This document shows, piece after piece, positions 1 through 7,608 of a stretch of 32,000 bases of DNA. The notes beneath the pieces are model-generated. The model did not search any database. It saw nothing but the letters and a program-made list of their open reading frames with translations, and was not told the DNA's origin. The position numbers were made by a program, and so were the translations under genes. The DNA is from Ferroglobus placidus DSM 10642 (GTDB lineage: Archaea > Halobacteriota > Archaeoglobi > Archaeoglobales > Archaeoglobaceae). Within the stretch, counting starts at the first letter, position 1; every line of letters begins with the position of its first letter. The stretch spans positions 1,170,001 through 1,202,000 of the forward strand of contig NC_013849.1 in assembly GCF_000025505.1 (NCBI RefSeq), in the 5' to 3' direction.

Positions 1-1689
1 TTCTGGGCGGGCTCTGACGGTTCTCTTTTGCTCTGGGCGGCAATTCTTGCCGGATATTCAGTTGCTTTCTTAAGACTCGAGAAGAAAGACGCTCTAACAG
101 CATTATCCATGGCTGGGATAATGGGTGTGCAAACCTTTTTCCTCCTACTTCTTTCTACAGTCGCAAATCCGTTCAAAGAGCTGAATTTCTTCCTGCAAGA
201 CGGAATCGGTTTGAATCCTCTCCTTCAAACTCCAGAAATGGCAGCACATCCACCTACTTTATTCATGGGATACGCTGGAGCGGCTGTGGTTTTTTCCTTA
301 GCCATAGCAGGGGTATATCTTGCAGAGGACAGATGGGTGATAAGAGGGAGGAAGTGGATAGTCTTTACGTGGATTTGGTTAACGCAGGGGATATTCTGGG
401 GGGCGATATGGGCGTACAAGGTTCTTGGCTGGGGTGGATACTGGGCTTGGGATCCAGTTGAAAACTCTTCACTACTTCCTTGGCTTACGCTTTCAGCTCT
501 AATGCACAGCATTATGATTCAGGAAGCGAGGAGAGCTATGAAGCTTTGGAACATCCTGTTAGCTTTTGCAACCTTTGAATTCGTCATTCTCGGAACGTTC
601 ATAACGAGGAGCGGCGTTATAAGTAGTGTTCACGCTTTCGGGCAGAGTGGACTCACAGCTCCATTCGTTTCCTTTATGCTGGCAGTTCTCATCTTAACAC
701 TTTGGCTAATCTACGAGAGAGGGGAATACATAAGGAGTGAAGACGTCGTTGAAAGTTCTGTATCGAAAGAGGCAACTTTCCTCTTCAACAACCTGATTCT
801 CGTAGCCTCTGCTATGACTGTTTTCTGGGGAACAATATTTCCGCTGGTAAGTGAGGGGTTAACTGGTTATAAGGTAACGATAGGTCCTCCCTTCTACAAT
901 CAGGTTATAACCCCCCTCGCTATAGCTTTAATGATACTCCTCGGCTTGTGCATAGCCTTTCCTTGGAGAAAGAGCGCCGGAAAGGACCTCGCGAAAAAGC
1001 TTAGAGTGCCATTTGTAGCTTTTTTAATCGCCTTCTCAGCATCACTCGCCCTCAAGCTTAAAATTGAGATGGCTTTAGCGTTGGCGATTTTCTTCTTCTC
1101 TTTAACAACTCACATTCAACAGTACATCCAAGACACAGTCGCTTTCAGCAACGAGTACAAGAGTAAAAGTTATCTGAGAGTTATTTTGAGGAGAAGGAGA
1201 AGGTATGGAGGATATACTGTCCACTTAGGTTTGCTGCTGGTTTTTGTTGGAGTAGCCGGAAGCGTTTACGATCAGACGTTTGAGAACGTTAAGCTCGAGT
1301 TAAATCAGCCGAAGAACATCGGAGAGTACACGTTCGTGTACAGGGGACTGAAGTTCGAGGACACACCCCTCAAGACGGCTTGGATCGCTCAGGTGGAAGT
1401 TTGGAAGGGAGATAAGCTCTTAACCGTACTAACTCCGGGTATAGAGGAGTACAAAACGAGGGGGGAAGAGATAAGAAGAGTTGACGTATACTCTGAGCCT
1501 CTTAAAGACATCTACTTGATATTTAACGGTGGGGGAAAGGATTACATCTTCCTTGAAATTAAAATTAATCCCCTCGTCAACTTCATCTGGCTTGGTTGCT
1601 GGATAATGACCTTCGGCGGAATATTTGCGTTAATACCAAGGAGTTTAGTTAGCAAATACGTATTTAGCGAGAGAGGTGTCACAGCATGA
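1..1689 (+). CDS. ccmF: Cytochrome c-type biogenesis heme lyase CcmF (System I), 5'-truncated by the window edge
   Basis: The frame is open from nt 1; FWAGSDGSLLLW precedes the listed TTG at 28 and looks like a conserved CcmF block. Polytopic membrane protein. It carries the WWD heme-handling signature WGGYWAWDPVENSSLLPWL followed by a conserved His (LMHS). It overlaps the next gene by 4 nt. Confidence 0.9.
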   Translation, partial: FWAGSDGSLLLWAAILAGYSVAFLRLEKKDALTALSMAGIMGVQTFFLLLLSTVANPFKELNFFLQDGIGLNPLLQTPEMAAHPPTLFMGYAGAAVVFSLAIAGVYLAEDRWVIRGRKWIVFTWIWLTQGIFWGAIWAYKVLGWGGYWAWDPVENSSLLPWLTLSALMHSIMIQEARRAMKLWNILLAFATFEFVILGTFITRSGVISSVHAFGQSGLTAPFVSFMLAVLILTLWLIYERGEYIRSEDVVESSVSKEATFLFNNLILVASAMTVFWGTIFPLVSEGLTGYKVTIGPPFYNQVITPLAIALMILLGLCIAFPWRKSAGKDLAKKLRVPFVAFLIAFSASLALKLKIEMALALAIFFFSLTTHIQQYIQDTVAFSNEYKSKSYLRVILRRRRRYGGYTVHLGLLLVFVGVAGSVYDQTFENVKLELNQPKNIGEYTFVYRGLKFEDTPLKTAWIAQVEVWKGDKLLTVLTPGIEEYKTRGEEIRRVDVYSEPLKDIYLIFNGGGKDYIFLEIKINPLVNFIWLGCWIMTFGGIFALIPRSLVSKYVFSERGVTA

Positions 1690-2093
1690 AAATTAGATAT
1701 TTTATTATTTTCATTTTTCTTCTAATCTCAATTTCCTCAGCTTTAACAGTAGAAGACGTTGAAAAAGACGTTATGTGTGTTTGTGGCTGCGGAAAAGTCC
1801 TTGAGAACTGTGAATGCGGTACGGCGGAGAAAATGAGGAAAGAAATAGAAGGGATGATCGCAAGAGGAATGAGCAAGGAGGAGATAATATCAGAGCTTCA
1901 GGCAACTTATGGTAAGGAAGTTCTCGTAAATCCTCCGAAAGAAGGTGTTTTTCTTGGCTTGTGGTACTATCCAGTGGCGATTACAATAGCCGGAGTTTCG
2001 ATAGTTTACGCTCTTCTCAAAAGAAGGGGAGGTAAATGGTATGGTGATCCAGATGAGACGATTAACGTTGACGAAGATTATTTGGAGAGGTAG
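1686..2093 (+). CDS. ccmH: CcmH/NrfF/CycL-family cytochrome c maturation protein with a variant Cys motif
   Basis: Signal-peptide-like N-terminus and one C-terminal TM helix followed by KRR. A gap-free match, recalled from memory, to the E. coli CcmH core: ...A..MR...........G.SK.EI.....A.YG..V...PP then LW..P. The canonical LRCxxC is replaced by MCVCGCGKVLENCEC. ATGA-type overlap with ccmF. Confidence 0.75.
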   Translation: MKIRYFIIFIFLLISISSALTVEDVEKDVMCVCGCGKVLENCECGTAEKMRKEIEGMIARGMSKEEIISELQATYGKEVLVNPPKEGVFLGLWYYPVAITIAGVSIVYALLKRRGGKWYGDPDETINVDEDYLER

Positions 2094-2127
2094 CTAATTT
2101 TTTATTTCCTATTTTCAAGCTAAAAGC

Positions 2128-2538
2128 ATGCGTGCAAGGGGTTACAAATTTTTAAACGCTCTGTACGAGATCCTCGTTTTCGCAATGGCAGTAATCGTTC
2201 TGTTACTTCTCATCGGCTACATATACTGGATTCTCACTCAAATTTACGCTTTAATTCAAACTGGAAGCAAGGAAATATTCGACAAGATAGTGATCGAAAT
2301 CCTGACTTTTCTCGTTTTAATAGAGCTTGTTAGAATATTCACCGAATACCTTGAGTTTAGAAGGGTCAGACTTTATTTGATGGCTGAACTTGCAGCCATT
2401 TTCATTCTGAGAGAGATGTTTATAATTCTCTACGCAAAGGAGTTCGACTGGCTTTCACTGATAGCATTCTCCGTCCTCATACTATCAGTTACAGCCGCGA
2501 GGACTCTCGCGATACTGTATTCTCCCCAGAAGAGGTAG
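2128..2538 (+). CDS. Small 4-TM membrane protein, tentatively PsiE-like
   Basis: 136 aa with four hydrophobic helices. The central segment LVLIELVRIFTEYLEFRRVRLYLMAELAAIFILREM resembles the PsiE-family core as I remember it. Not verified. Confidence 0.45.
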   Translation: MRARGYKFLNALYEILVFAMAVIVLLLLIGYIYWILTQIYALIQTGSKEIFDKIVIEILTFLVLIELVRIFTEYLEFRRVRLYLMAELAAIFILREMFIILYAKEFDWLSLIAFSVLILSVTAARTLAILYSPQKR

Positions 2539-3165
2539 CTACTCGAAGCCATTAAAATACTTCTCCACAATTTTCTGAATACCTTCGTGGAGGTGTTTGT
2601 GAACAGTGCTTTTTGAAAGGTTTATCGCGTTGGCAATATCAACGAGCGTTGCCCTCCTTTTCCTATCAAAGTATCCCATCTCGTAGGCAGTCTTTAAAAC
2701 GTAATGCTGCTTTTCAGTGAGCTTAACCTTTTCTTCCAAGCTTTTCACTTCCAAGATCTCCCACCTCGCAAAGTTTTTGAGCTTTTCATAAGCCTTTTTC
2801 AGCTGTCTCACATCTGGTGCGTAGACGGTGTAAATTTTACATCCGTTCTCGACTATTATCGGCGGTTTAACGAAACAGTAAGAGTCTTCGAAGGCTTTTA
2901 TTCCAGTTGTGTCTTTTATAACCGCCAGAAAATCGAGATTTGTTTTAGTCTTTTCAAGAATTTGAAAGAACTTAGTGCTCTCATGGGCTTCTATAACTTT
3001 AAAGCACTCAGAAAGGTCATCAACCTTCGAAATTCTTCCGAGAAATAAAGCCTCGTCATCGCTTAAAAGGATGTACTCAAGAAGTTCCATTGTAACTTTA
3101 CCGTTTTCGGTAGCCTTTGCCAACGAACATGTAGGCTGAGCAACTTTCACTTTTGCAACATACAT
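2539..3165 (-). CDS. HTH_10 (bacterio-opsin activator/Bat-type) DNA-binding transcriptional regulator
   Basis: The C-terminal LTEKQHYVLKTAYEMGYFDRKRRATLVDIANAINLSKSTVHKHLHEGIQKIV is the typical archaeal HTH_10 module. Divergent from the 3287 operon. Its own promoter is flanked by a direct repeat. Confidence 0.8.
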   Translation of the reverse strand: MYVAKVKVAQPTCSLAKATENGKVTMELLEYILLSDDEALFLGRISKVDDLSECFKVIEAHESTKFFQILEKTKTNLDFLAVIKDTTGIKAFEDSYCFVKPPIIVENGCKIYTVYAPDVRQLKKAYEKLKNFARWEILEVKSLEEKVKLTEKQHYVLKTAYEMGYFDRKRRATLVDIANAINLSKSTVHKHLHEGIQKIVEKYFNGFE

Positions 3166-3168
3166 ATA

Positions 3169-3180
3169 GGAAATGTCCGC
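3169..3180. promoter_or_regulatory. Candidate operator half (GGAAATGTCCGC), copy 1
   Basis: 12-mer that recurs with one mismatch at 3205-3216. It lies between the palindromic TATA box and the ATG (3165) of the HTH_10 regulator. Confidence 0.35.
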
Positions 3181-3189
3181 TCCAACATA

Positions 3190-3201
3190 TTTAATATTAA
3201 A
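3190..3201 (-). promoter_or_regulatory. Palindromic TATA box TTTAATATTAAA, likely promoter of the HTH_10 regulator
   Basis: Perfectly self-complementary A/T 12-mer located 25-36 nt upstream of the minus-strand ATG at 3165. This is leaderless-type spacing. Confidence 0.5.
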
Positions 3202-3204
3202 GGT

Positions 3205-3216
3205 GGAAATGTTCGC
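3205..3216. promoter_or_regulatory. Candidate operator half (GGAAATGTTCGC), copy 2
   Basis: Direct repeat of 3169-3180 (11/12 identical). It abuts the distal, BRE-side edge of the TATA box. Confidence 0.35.
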
Positions 3217-3286
3217 AGTATTTGTTATACTTTTTCGCCAAATAGTATATCTTTAACCAAAAATAATACAATTTCGTGAATGCCGT

Positions 3287-4786
3287 ATGAAGGAAGTTAT
3301 AGAGAAAATGGTTGATGAAGCAATAGAAGCCCAGTGGGCTGACGTAAAAACCGTGGAGAAGAACAGAGGAGGAGAATTTGTAATAGATGATGTGAAGGCG
3401 TACGTAGATGTTGTAAATAAAATGAAAGCTGTTGGAGAGCAGAGTGAGGCAGTGATAAGGTTGCACGTGGATTCTGTGAACGCACATTACGAAGTACTTA
3501 GAAGTTTGACGAAAACCGTAAGACCGGAAGACGATCCATTTGTTGAACACTACCAAACCCCTGCAATTTTGGAAATACTTTACGAGGAAGATGGAAAATT
3601 CAGGGAGAGCGTGGAGAAGTTTATAGAGGAGATAGGCAGAGCCGAAGCTTTGATAGGGAAAGAAGTCGTGAGGAGGTACGGTGGTTTTTACGGACCGACG
3701 TGCGTTGTGGATTTCGCTCTCGTGCCGGGAAGCACGAGTAATGTGGTGAATCAGATTTTGAAGGGAATGGATTTACCAAAGGAGCATAAAGAAACGATAT
3801 TAGCAGCTAAATCCTGGGCTATGAACACTTCCTACGGAATTGGAGACGTTTTCGCTAAGGAAATTGAAAGAGGAGCTACTCTGAACGAAGCTCTGGAAAA
3901 AGAGATCGAAATGCTGAAGTTCATCTACGACAAACCGACCGAAGCTCAGGCAGCTCTTATGGATAGCCTGAACCACGAAAGCTTCGACGTGAGAACGTAC
4001 ATGAGCGAGTACAAAAAGAGAATGGAGGGAGCCGTTAAAAATGCTCTTGACGATGAAGTGCATTATGCAAACATCATAACAGTTCCGGCTTACTGTGTGG
4101 GAGACATAGCTCACCACATATCTCAGTCTACCTACAACATGTGCAAGGACGATGTGGTGATGGCAGTTATAACAGCTGTCAGCGAGGTCATGGAGGCGAG
4201 TTTAAGAGATAATTTAAACAAATTTGAAAACGAGTTCCACCCGTTGTGGCTCGCCACTGGCTCGACAGCAGTCGCTACAGAGTACATCCTCGAACTGGAC
4301 GGATTCACGGCTCCTATGATCGTAGATCTTCTCACAAAGAGATTCCACAATTTCGTGCAGCTTTATCCTTCCCGAGACGCTGCCGCTGAGCTGCACAACC
4401 ACGACTTCATGGACATGATATACAGGGGATGGAAGCTTCTCGACAAAGCGATGAGAGCGAAAAATGGCAGTAAAGACGAGTTAAAAGTTAAAGTAGGTGA
4501 TTTCGAGGTTAACCTCGATCCGATCCACAAGAACGAAGTTTTGATGAATCCTCAGCGCTACACGTATCCGGGCTGTGCGATAAGCGTGAGGTTTTCCGCT
4601 TTAATGAGATTGGCTGATTACCCTTGCCTTCTCACAAGCGAGCCTGTAACTGCTACGATGATGACGAATGTTATAGCCCTACATAAGAATACGCCAAACG
4701 CTCCAGCAAGAAGGTGCAAAGACTGTGCAACAGCAGCTATGATAGATGTTAGACATCAATACTGCCAGTGGAAAGAGGCTGTCTAA
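3287..4786 (+). CDS. Conserved archaeal protein of unknown function, about 500 aa (I suspect the Pfam DUF2193 family)
   Basis: Clean 499-aa ORF with an ATG start and no in-frame stops. No catalytic motif I can name. Distinctive blocks are YGGFYGPTCVVDFALVPGS, AELHNHDF and a C-terminal Cys cluster RRCKDCATAAMIDVRHQYCQW. The family call comes from memory of length and taxonomy only. Confidence 0.6.
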   Translation: MKEVIEKMVDEAIEAQWADVKTVEKNRGGEFVIDDVKAYVDVVNKMKAVGEQSEAVIRLHVDSVNAHYEVLRSLTKTVRPEDDPFVEHYQTPAILEILYEEDGKFRESVEKFIEEIGRAEALIGKEVVRRYGGFYGPTCVVDFALVPGSTSNVVNQILKGMDLPKEHKETILAAKSWAMNTSYGIGDVFAKEIERGATLNEALEKEIEMLKFIYDKPTEAQAALMDSLNHESFDVRTYMSEYKKRMEGAVKNALDDEVHYANIITVPAYCVGDIAHHISQSTYNMCKDDVVMAVITAVSEVMEASLRDNLNKFENEFHPLWLATGSTAVATEYILELDGFTAPMIVDLLTKRFHNFVQLYPSRDAAAELHNHDFMDMIYRGWKLLDKAMRAKNGSKDELKVKVGDFEVNLDPIHKNEVLMNPQRYTYPGCAISVRFSALMRLADYPCLLTSEPVTATMMTNVIALHKNTPNAPARRCKDCATAAMIDVRHQYCQWKEAV

Positions 4787-4812
4787 TTTTTTAATTTTTG
4801 AGGTGAAAGGTT

Positions 4813-5022
4813 TTGAAGTGTTACATCTGCGCGGAACAGGGGAAAGATAGTGATGCTGTGGCAATTTGCATAGTTTGCGGGATGGGTGTTTGCATGGAAC
4901 ATTTAGTTAGAGAGGAAGTTGAGCTGTGGAGAGGAGATTATCCATTCCCGGCTAAAAAGCTGAAAAAACCAGTCCCAAGAATTCTCTGCGTAATCTGTCA
5001 CGAGGCTTACGAGGAGGGTTGA
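4813..5022 (+). CDS. Small Cys/His-rich putative zinc-binding protein (I suspect the Pfam DUF2180 family)
   Basis: TTG start 6 nt after GAGGTGA. Contains CYIC...CIVCGMGVCMEH...CVICH, i.e. eight Cys plus two His in 69 aa. The stop lies 1 nt before the aquaporin ATG. Confidence 0.6.
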   Translation: MKCYICAEQGKDSDAVAICIVCGMGVCMEHLVREEVELWRGDYPFPAKKLKKPVPRILCVICHEAYEEG

Positions 5023-5023
5023 A

Positions 5024-5758
5024 ATGAGCTTAGCCAAGAGATTTGTAGCTGAGGTTATTGGAACAGCTCTTTTAGTATTCTTTGGAGCCGGATCGGCAGC
5101 AATTACACTTATGCTTGCGAAAAATGCTCAAAAGCCCAACGAATTCAACATTGGCATAGGTGCTTTAGGAGGGCTTGGTGATTGGCTCGCAATTGGCATG
5201 GCTTTCGCTATAGTCATAATGGCAGTCATATATTCCCTCGGAAGAGTGAGCGGGGCGCATATTAATCCCGCGGTTACGATCGCTTTATGGGCTACCAAGA
5301 GGTTTCCAACTTCGGAAGTAATCCCTTACATTGCCGCCCAGCTCATTGGAGCAGCTTTAGGTAGCACGCTATTTTTGGCTTGCGTTGGAAGTGATGCTGC
5401 TTTAGTTGGTGGAATGGGAGCCACTGCTCCTTTTCCGGGAATAAGTTATTCTCAAGCTCTTCTGGCTGAAATGGTGGGAACTTTCGTTTTAATGCTTGTA
5501 ATAATGGGTGTTGCCGTTGACGAACGAGCTCCTCCCGGATTTGCCGGACTCGTGATAGGTCTGACAGTCGGGGGAATTATCACCACGATCGGAAACATAT
5601 CCGGCTCATCCTTAAATCCGGCAAGAACGTTTGGACCTTATCTCGTGGATTCAGCCTTTGGGATAGACCTCTGGAAATTCTTTCCGATCTACGTTATCGG
5701 TCCAATAGTTGGGGCTGTTGTAGCAGCTCTTCTCTACGATTTTCTTAGCTCGGAATAA
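5024..5758 (+). CDS. aqpM: MIP-family channel, archaeal aquaporin AqpM type
   Basis: Six TM helices and two NPA boxes (SGAHINPAVT and GSSLNPARTFGP). Length is 244 aa. Confidence 0.95.
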   Translation: MSLAKRFVAEVIGTALLVFFGAGSAAITLMLAKNAQKPNEFNIGIGALGGLGDWLAIGMAFAIVIMAVIYSLGRVSGAHINPAVTIALWATKRFPTSEVIPYIAAQLIGAALGSTLFLACVGSDAALVGGMGATAPFPGISYSQALLAEMVGTFVLMLVIMGVAVDERAPPGFAGLVIGLTVGGIITTIGNISGSSLNPARTFGPYLVDSAFGIDLWKFFPIYVIGPIVGAVVAALLYDFLSSE

Positions 5759-5766
5759 TTTCCATA

Positions 5767-5785
5767 TTTTTTAAGCTCAATTTTT
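5767..5785 (+). terminator. Oligo-T tracts (T6 and T5) downstream of aqpM, archaeal-type terminator candidate
   Basis: TTTTTT at 5767-5772 and TTTTT at 5781-5785, within 30 nt after the aqpM stop codon. Confidence 0.4.
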
Positions 5786-5795
5786 GAGGACAAAG

Positions 5796-5803
5796 TTTAA
5801 ATT
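5796..5803 (+). promoter_or_regulatory. TATA box (TTTAAATT) of the tRNA-Asn promoter
   Basis: Centred about 28 nt upstream of the mature tRNA 5' end at 5828. Confidence 0.55.
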
Positions 5804-5805
5804 CA

Positions 5806-5814
5806 AATTTCGTC
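5806..5814 (+). promoter_or_regulatory. AATTTCGTC element, copy 1 (between the TATA box and the tRNA-Asn 5' end)
   Basis: Exact 9-mer. One of four exact copies, all intergenic and all on the plus strand. Confidence 0.3.
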
Positions 5815-5827
5815 AGCATTTTAGTGA

Positions 5828-5900
5828 GCCGCCGTAGCTTAGCTGGTAGAGCGTCGGCCTGTTAAGCCGATGGTCGCAGGTTCGAATCCTGCCGGCGGCG
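5828..5900 (+). tRNA. tRNA-Asn (anticodon GUU)
   Basis: Manual cloverleaf fold. Acceptor stem GCCGCCG/CGGCGGC, D arm GCTT-AGCTGGTA-GAGC, anticodon arm TCGGC-CTGTTAA-GCCGA (GTT at positions 34-36), variable loop TGGTC, T arm GCAGG-TTCGAAT-CCTGC, discriminator G. CCA is not encoded. It stands out as a GC-rich island in AT-rich spacer. Confidence 0.95.
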
Positions 5901-5981
5901 CTATTAATTTTGTTCTTCCAAGCTAAAAGATTATAAATAACTCCACTCATCTCCTCAGCCATTCAGATCCTTTTACATCTC

Positions 5982-5990
5982 AATTTCGTC
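5982..5990 (+). promoter_or_regulatory. AATTTCGTC element, copy 2 (6 nt upstream of TTTAATTTTA, upstream of the MFS gene)
   Basis: Exact 9-mer preceded by C. Followed by an A/T box at 5997-6006 and the GTG at 6036. Confidence 0.3.
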
Positions 5991-6035
5991 AACTTGTTTA
6001 ATTTTAACTAAGGTTGAAAATTCGTTCGCAGTAAA

Positions 6036-7238
6036 GTGGCTAAAGACCGTATGTCACTAATTTTTATACTCAAGAGAAAATCGACTCTCATGAACGGAGT
6101 TCACAAAGACTTTCTCATCCTCGGCATGCTATTTGCTGTCACATCGTTCGACACGCTTCTTCTCGGATTTGCTATCCCAAAAATTATAGTTCTGTATTCC
6201 CTTTCGAAAGCTCAAGCTGGTTTGCTCGGCACGATTTTGATGATTGGCGTTGGAATCGGCGCAATAATTCTCGGAGCACTTTCGGACGTGCTTGGAAGAA
6301 AGAACATTATAATTTTCTCTGTTTCCCTCTTCTCAACATCAACAGGTTTGCTCGGATTTGCGGAAAATTTTCTTAGCTTAGCAATTCTTTTATTCTTCTC
6401 CGGTTTTGGTCTCGGAGGAGGATTGACTTTAAGCATAGCTTATTTACCAGAGATCATCCGAGATAAACCCCTCGAAAAGTACATGTGCTACTTCGAATCT
6501 TTCTGGGGGATTGGTGCACTTTTCGTGGTCTCTACTTCTCGCATTTTGCTTGAAAGACCACTAAAAGAGCTCTTTTTCGTTGGTGCATTCCCTTTCCTTC
6601 TTCTCCCCATCTTTTTCAAGCTTTCGGAAATCAGAGCGGAGAAAAGCACAATATCAGGAAACATTAGAGAGCTTTTATCGAAGTACTGGAAGATAACTAT
6701 TCTTCTATGGGTCATCTGGTTCTGTGGCGTTTATACGTATTACGGAATTTTCCTCTGGCTTCCAGAAGTTATGTCGTCGATAGCTGGATTTAAAGCCGGA
6801 TACTCATTGTTAATCCCCGTTTACGGCATTCAAATTATTTCTCCGCTTTTTCTTTCCCTGATCATAAGGGACGACAATACGGAAAAATTGCTATTTCTGT
6901 ATTCCCTTGCAGCAGCCATCTTCACCCTTCTTTCCATATCAGCGAGTGATTTCCTCGTTTTGGGAATGATCTCAACGTCCTTTTTCAGCATAGGCGGATG
7001 GGTTCTTTTTATCTTAAGCACTCAAAAGAGCTACCCGCAGAAGATGCGAGGAATTGGAGTTGGTTCCGCTGCGAGTGTTGGGAGAATTGGAGGTATCGTC
7101 GCTCCTTACTTCACCGGACTGCTGTTAGATATTTACGGAATCTTCGTGGCATTTACGGCAATTTCTCTGATGTTCGTGGTTATAGCTATACTTTCATTCC
7201 CCCTCCTAAAAATTCGCAAAGAAGTTAGAGCTCATTAA
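6036..7238 (+). CDS. Major facilitator superfamily (MFS) transporter, substrate unknown
   Basis: About 12 TM helices. The loop 2-3 signature [11 protein letters not shown] is present. The GTG at 6036 sits 30 nt after a TATA-like box. The alternative ATG at 6090 (MNGVHKD...) is equally plausible. Confidence 0.85.
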   Translation: MAKDRMSLIFILKRKSTLMNGVHKDFLILGMLFAVTSFDTLLLGFAIPKIIVLYSLSKAQAGLLGTILMIGVGIGAIILGALSDVLGRKNIIIFSVSLFSTSTGLLGFAENFLSLAILLFFSGFGLGGGLTLSIAYLPEIIRDKPLEKYMCYFESFWGIGALFVVSTSRILLERPLKELFFVGAFPFLLLPIFFKLSEIRAEKSTISGNIRELLSKYWKITILLWVIWFCGVYTYYGIFLWLPEVMSSIAGFKAGYSLLIPVYGIQIISPLFLSLIIRDDNTEKLLFLYSLAAAIFTLLSISASDFLVLGMISTSFFSIGGWVLFILSTQKSYPQKMRGIGVGSAASVGRIGGIVAPYFTGLLLDIYGIFVAFTAISLMFVVIAILSFPLLKIRKEVRAH

Positions 7239-7239
7239 C

Positions 7240-7248
7240 AATTTCGTC
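7240..7248 (+). promoter_or_regulatory. AATTTCGTC element, copy 3 (5 nt upstream of TTTTATATA, upstream of the SHOCT-copB pair)
   Basis: Exact 9-mer preceded by C. TATA box at 7254-7262, ATG at 7286. Confidence 0.3.
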
Positions 7249-7285
7249 CGAAGTTTTATATAGTCACAGAAAAACATCTACATCT

Positions 7286-7603
7286 ATGGATGGGTTTCAC
7301 ATGTTTCCCTTCGGTTTTGGATTTTTCGGCTTCGGGATGATCTTCTGGTGGGTTCTCTGGATTATCGTAGCTTACCTCGTTTATCAAGACGCTGAAAAGA
7401 GAGGTATGAACGGTCTGTTGTGGTTTATTCTTGTCCTCATCCCAATGCTCGGAATAGTTTTCCTCCTCGTTTATCTTGCTGTAAGGGAAAGTAAGGCAGA
7501 GGAAGGAAAGAGCAGCGCACTCGAAATTCTAAAAGAAAGGTATGCGAAAGGAGAGATCACGAAAGAAGAGTTCGAAAGGATGAGGAGGGAAATTGAGGGG
7601 TAA
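7286..7603 (+). CDS. Small membrane protein with a C-terminal SHOCT domain
   Basis: Two TM helices, then [22 protein letters not shown], the classic SHOCT motif. It ends 5 nt before copB. Confidence 0.8.
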   Translation: MDGFHMFPFGFGFFGFGMIFWWVLWIIVAYLVYQDAEKRGMNGLLWFILVLIPMLGIVFLLVYLAVRESKAEEGKSSALEILKERYAKGEITKEEFERMRREIEG

Positions 7604-7608
7604 GCTGC

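Noticed and set aside
225-512. 95-aa minus-strand ORF inside ccmF. Similar antisense ORFs occur at 1679-1876, 2704-3048, 3197-3556, 3297-3485, 3800-4117, 4132-4402 and 4679-4864.
   Set aside because: All lie opposite or out of frame within genes that carry strong family motifs. Their products are low-complexity (Ser/Leu/Arg/Phe-rich). None has a promoter or RBS context. They are typical shadow ORFs.
5901-6035. Possibility of an integrated element at the 3' side of tRNA-Asn.
   Set aside because: No integrase is present. I found no repeat of the tRNA 3' end elsewhere in the window, and the flanking genes are ordinary chromosomal genes.
6212-7228. Small ORFs within or antisense to the MFS transporter gene (6212-6436, 6488-6715, 6830-7021, 6998-7228).
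   Set aside because: They are embedded in a continuous 12-TM coding frame. Their composition is dominated by Arg/Lys/Ser from alternative-frame reading of hydrophobic codons.
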